Source: Octopus bimaculoides (taxonomy: Eukaryota). From it: a stretch of 64,000 nt of DNA. Below are positions 63,576-64,000 of the stretch, piece by piece. The stretch lies in the NCBI RefSeq assembly GCF_001194135.2, contig NC_069000.1, forward strand, positions 21,016,701 through 21,080,700, read 5' to 3'. How positions within the stretch are numbered: position 1 is the first letter of the stretch; each line of letters opens with the position of its first letter. Made by a program: the position numbers and the translations under genes. The notes under the pieces are model-generated. The model had not been told where the DNA came from, made no database searches, and saw nothing but the letters and a program-made list of their open reading frames with translations.

Positions 63576-64000
63576 AATTATAAATTTAGCTATTTTTTAA
63601 TTTTTCATACTTATTTGTTTCGGACAACATGATCAATTACATTTTAATCCTTGAGTTAAAAAAATCATTTCATGGAAACAGGATTATTTTCAACTGTGTA
63701 CAAATCTTGGATGTTTAACTTTTTTTCTATTTATATAACTATTTATTTAAACCGAACCCATCTGTTAAATTTAAATGTTTGCTGATTATAACAATCAACA
63801 AAACGTCTTTAAAATCTTTAAGCAAATAACTTTCTTAATTATTGCAAATATTTACTTTGCTTTATTTACCTTGTGTTTTTCTTTTTTTTTTCCGTACATA
63901 TGTCTTCAAAGACTGACTAGTTTGCCAAAACCCAGAGTAACTCTTAAATTTCAAATATTTATTCCTCTTCCTCCCCGCCAATGTATAAAACAAGACGATG

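Overview
AT-rich eukaryotic genomic DNA, about 16% N gaps, mostly flanked by (TA)n or other microsatellites. The repeat content (three abundant tRNA-headed SINE families plus dense AT/CA/TATG/TAGA microsatellites) looks like an octopus/coleoid cephalopod genome; this is an inference from recalled octopus SINE sequences. No complete protein-coding gene, rRNA, genuine tRNA or CRISPR array can be supported. The window is mostly decayed mobile DNA: SINEs; LINE fragments of the CR1/L2-like, RTE, R4/Dong, HERO and CRE types; Penelope-like remnants; mariner, pogo/Tigger, hAT and MULE transposons; and Helitron-like pieces. The most notable observations are: (1) minimal hammerhead-ribozyme motifs with a CCGACGA core and a covarying stem II in Penelope-like terminal repeats; (2) an unexplained 335-bp structured unit bounded by 86-bp direct repeats and containing a 140-nt rod-like hairpin; (3) an R4/Dong-like LINE sitting inside a (CATA)n microsatellite; (4) a 24-bp minisatellite built on the palindrome CACTTAAGTG; (5) a duplicated motif that keeps the hairpin loop ACGAACGA; (6) an unidentified, frameshifted exon-like ORF behind a promoter-like region at the right end. 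Family assignments come from motif recognition by eye, not from database searches. Most boundaries are approximate (about +/-20 bp) unless TIR/TSD coordinates are given.
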